Source: a virus
Taxonomy: Duplodnaviria; Heunggongvirae; Uroviricota; Caudoviricetes
IMG/VR virus record: IMGVR_UViG_2627853678_000004
Length of the DNA: 15,215 nt
Direction: 5' to 3' (one strand)
The notes under the pieces are model-generated. The model did no database searches, was not told the DNA's origin, and was given only the letters and a program-made list of their open reading frames with translations. Positions 13,956 to 15,215 of this stretch are shown piece by piece; the first letter of the stretch is position 1; every line of letters begins with the position of its first letter. Made by a program: the position numbers and the translations under genes.

Positions 13956-15215
13956 TTACTTCGCCTTTCTCAGCGGTGTAACGTTGTACTCTTCGCCGCG
14001 CTCCAGTGCCACCAGCAATCCCGCCCACTGTGTTAACGCGGCCCGGCGTTCATCAAAGTATTGGTGGCGGTTATAGATACCCTCCACGCCTTTAATTTTG
14101 TGGTTAAGGCATCTTTCTGCGACTACAGGATCAACGCCCAGCGCGGCTAAATGGGTGCGGGCCGTGCGCCGGAAGTCGTGAATAGTGAAATTCGGCACGT
14201 CCGGCATTTCAGCGCGAACCTTCGCCAGCGCAACGGGCAGGGTGCTTTCCTGAATATGGGGGATCATGCGGTTTTGCATCTTTCTGGCTGGCAGTACCCA
14301 TGCGCTGTTGCATGAGAACGTTTTAAGCTCTCTCAGCCATTCGACTGCTGGCGGTGCTAATGGAATGTCTATAGCGTCGCCGTTTTTGCTGCGTTCCTCT
14401 GGCAAGCGCCATACGGCTTTATCAAGATCGAACTCCTCCCAGCGGGCGGCGCATAACTCCATTTTGCGGACGCATAACGCTAACAGTAATTTGAACGTGA
14501 TTTCATTCTGGCGACTGAAACCCTTAGCCGTGCGCATGGCTTTGAATAGCTGGATTAACTCATCGCGTGTTAGCCAGCGGTCGCGGCTAACCTCCTTCCC
14601 TCCAGCGTCTGCCACCTCAAAGGCTGAACAGGGGTTAATCTCCAGCGCGTGCCGTTTGATTCCGTAGTCGAATATGCGGCGCGTCCATCTCAGCACGTCC
14701 GTTGCTATGGTCGGCGCTCCACGGTCAACAATACCTTTCAGCATGTCGTCGATATGGCGCGGCTTCACGTCCTCTACCTTCATGCTGCCAATGCAGGGGT
14801 TTATATCTTTGTCGATACGGCGGCGGAGTATATCGGGGTGCTTCCAGCGGGGCAGTATCTGACGTTCAAAGTATTCAGCGGCAAGCTCTGAAACGCGCAT
14901 GGCGTTTTTTTCTGCTTCCATCTTCGCCAGTGCTTCGGATTTCCGCTCCTGCTTCTCCCCGGCAACGTCATAACCCAGCGCAACACGCGCCGAAAGCTCC
15001 TTTGCTGTCTCTCTGGCCTTTGATAGTGATAGCTCGCTATACGAACCAATTAGCATTGCGCGGGACTTCCCTGCGAGTTTATAGCGGAATCTCCATGTGG
15101 GGGTTTTGTCGGCTTCACGGTAACGCAGGTATAAGCCGTTCCCGTCCGCCCGTCCCTCGAATCGCTCTCCGGCCTTTATCCACGCGCGGATCTGCATGTC
15201 TGTGAGTTTTGGCAT
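13956..15215 (-). CDS. int: tyrosine recombinase / integrase, P4 family
   Basis: 419 aa; N-terminus MPKLTDMQIRAWIKAGERFEGRADGNGLYLRYR is typical of P4-type integrases. C-terminal catalytic region has HDFRRTARTHL and GIYNRHQYFDERR. The start codon is at the last base of the window. Confidence 0.9.
   Translation of the reverse strand: MPKLTDMQIRAWIKAGERFEGRADGNGLYLRYREADKTPTWRFRYKLAGKSRAMLIGSYSELSLSKARETAKELSARVALGYDVAGEKQERKSEALAKMEAEKNAMRVSELAAEYFERQILPRWKHPDILRRRIDKDINPCIGSMKVEDVKPRHIDDMLKGIVDRGAPTIATDVLRWTRRIFDYGIKRHALEINPCSAFEVADAGGKEVSRDRWLTRDELIQLFKAMRTAKGFSRQNEITFKLLLALCVRKMELCAARWEEFDLDKAVWRLPEERSKNGDAIDIPLAPPAVEWLRELKTFSCNSAWVLPARKMQNRMIPHIQESTLPVALAKVRAEMPDVPNFTIHDFRRTARTHLAALGVDPVVAERCLNHKIKGVEGIYNRHQYFDERRAALTQWAGLLVALERGEEYNVTPLRKAK

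Larger units (their letters stand above)
1900..15215 (-). mobile_element. integrative phage-satellite-like genomic island (integrase, AlpA, antirepressor, primase-helicase with origin, SSB, PerC, terminase-small-like); continues beyond the window end
   Basis: Co-linear minus-strand module with hallmark mobile-element genes, no virion structural genes, and an AT-rich cargo gene. The left boundary is not defined: it lies somewhere between about 1900 and 3000, and the attachment site is not in the window. Confidence 0.6.

Noticed and set aside
14266-15205. Plus-strand ORFs overlapping the integrase gene (14266..14667, 14649..14891, 14702..15205) and minus-strand 14801..15049
   Set aside because: They lie inside the integrase coding region in other frames or on the other strand; the integrase frame carries the conserved catalytic motifs.
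1-15215. tRNA, rRNA or IS elements
   Set aside because: I recognised no tRNA-like cloverleaf sequence, rRNA segment, transposase ORF or terminal inverted repeats. The integrase attachment site (tRNA or otherwise) must lie outside the window.

Overview
The window covers the junction between an E. coli-like chromosomal locus and a roughly 13 kb integrative, phage-satellite-like mobile element. The chromosomal part is the 5' portion of yicG (the gene runs off the window start) and the SOS gene dinD with its LexA box. The element's genes are almost all on the minus strand. From the right edge inward they are: a P4-family tyrosine integrase (start codon at the last base of the window), an AT-rich orphan gene, an AlpA-family regulator, an AntA/KilAC-type antirepressor whose 5' end is in a different frame, a ~0.5 kb structured leader, a chain of small translationally coupled ORFs, a zinc-ribbon/TOPRIM/P-loop primase-helicase followed by an iteron-type origin, an SSB, a PerC-like regulator, a small basic terminase-small-subunit-like protein, and distal cargo (a pRiA4b-ORF3-like gene and a divergent full-length DinD paralog lying in tandem with chromosomal dinD). 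I saw no capsid or tail genes, rRNA, tRNA, CRISPR array or IS element. All calls rest on reading the sequence and on recalled family motifs; no database search was run. The most interesting candidates are the AT-rich orphan gene beside the integrase, the element-borne DinD paralog without an SOS box, the iteron origin, and a family of conserved non-coding repeats.
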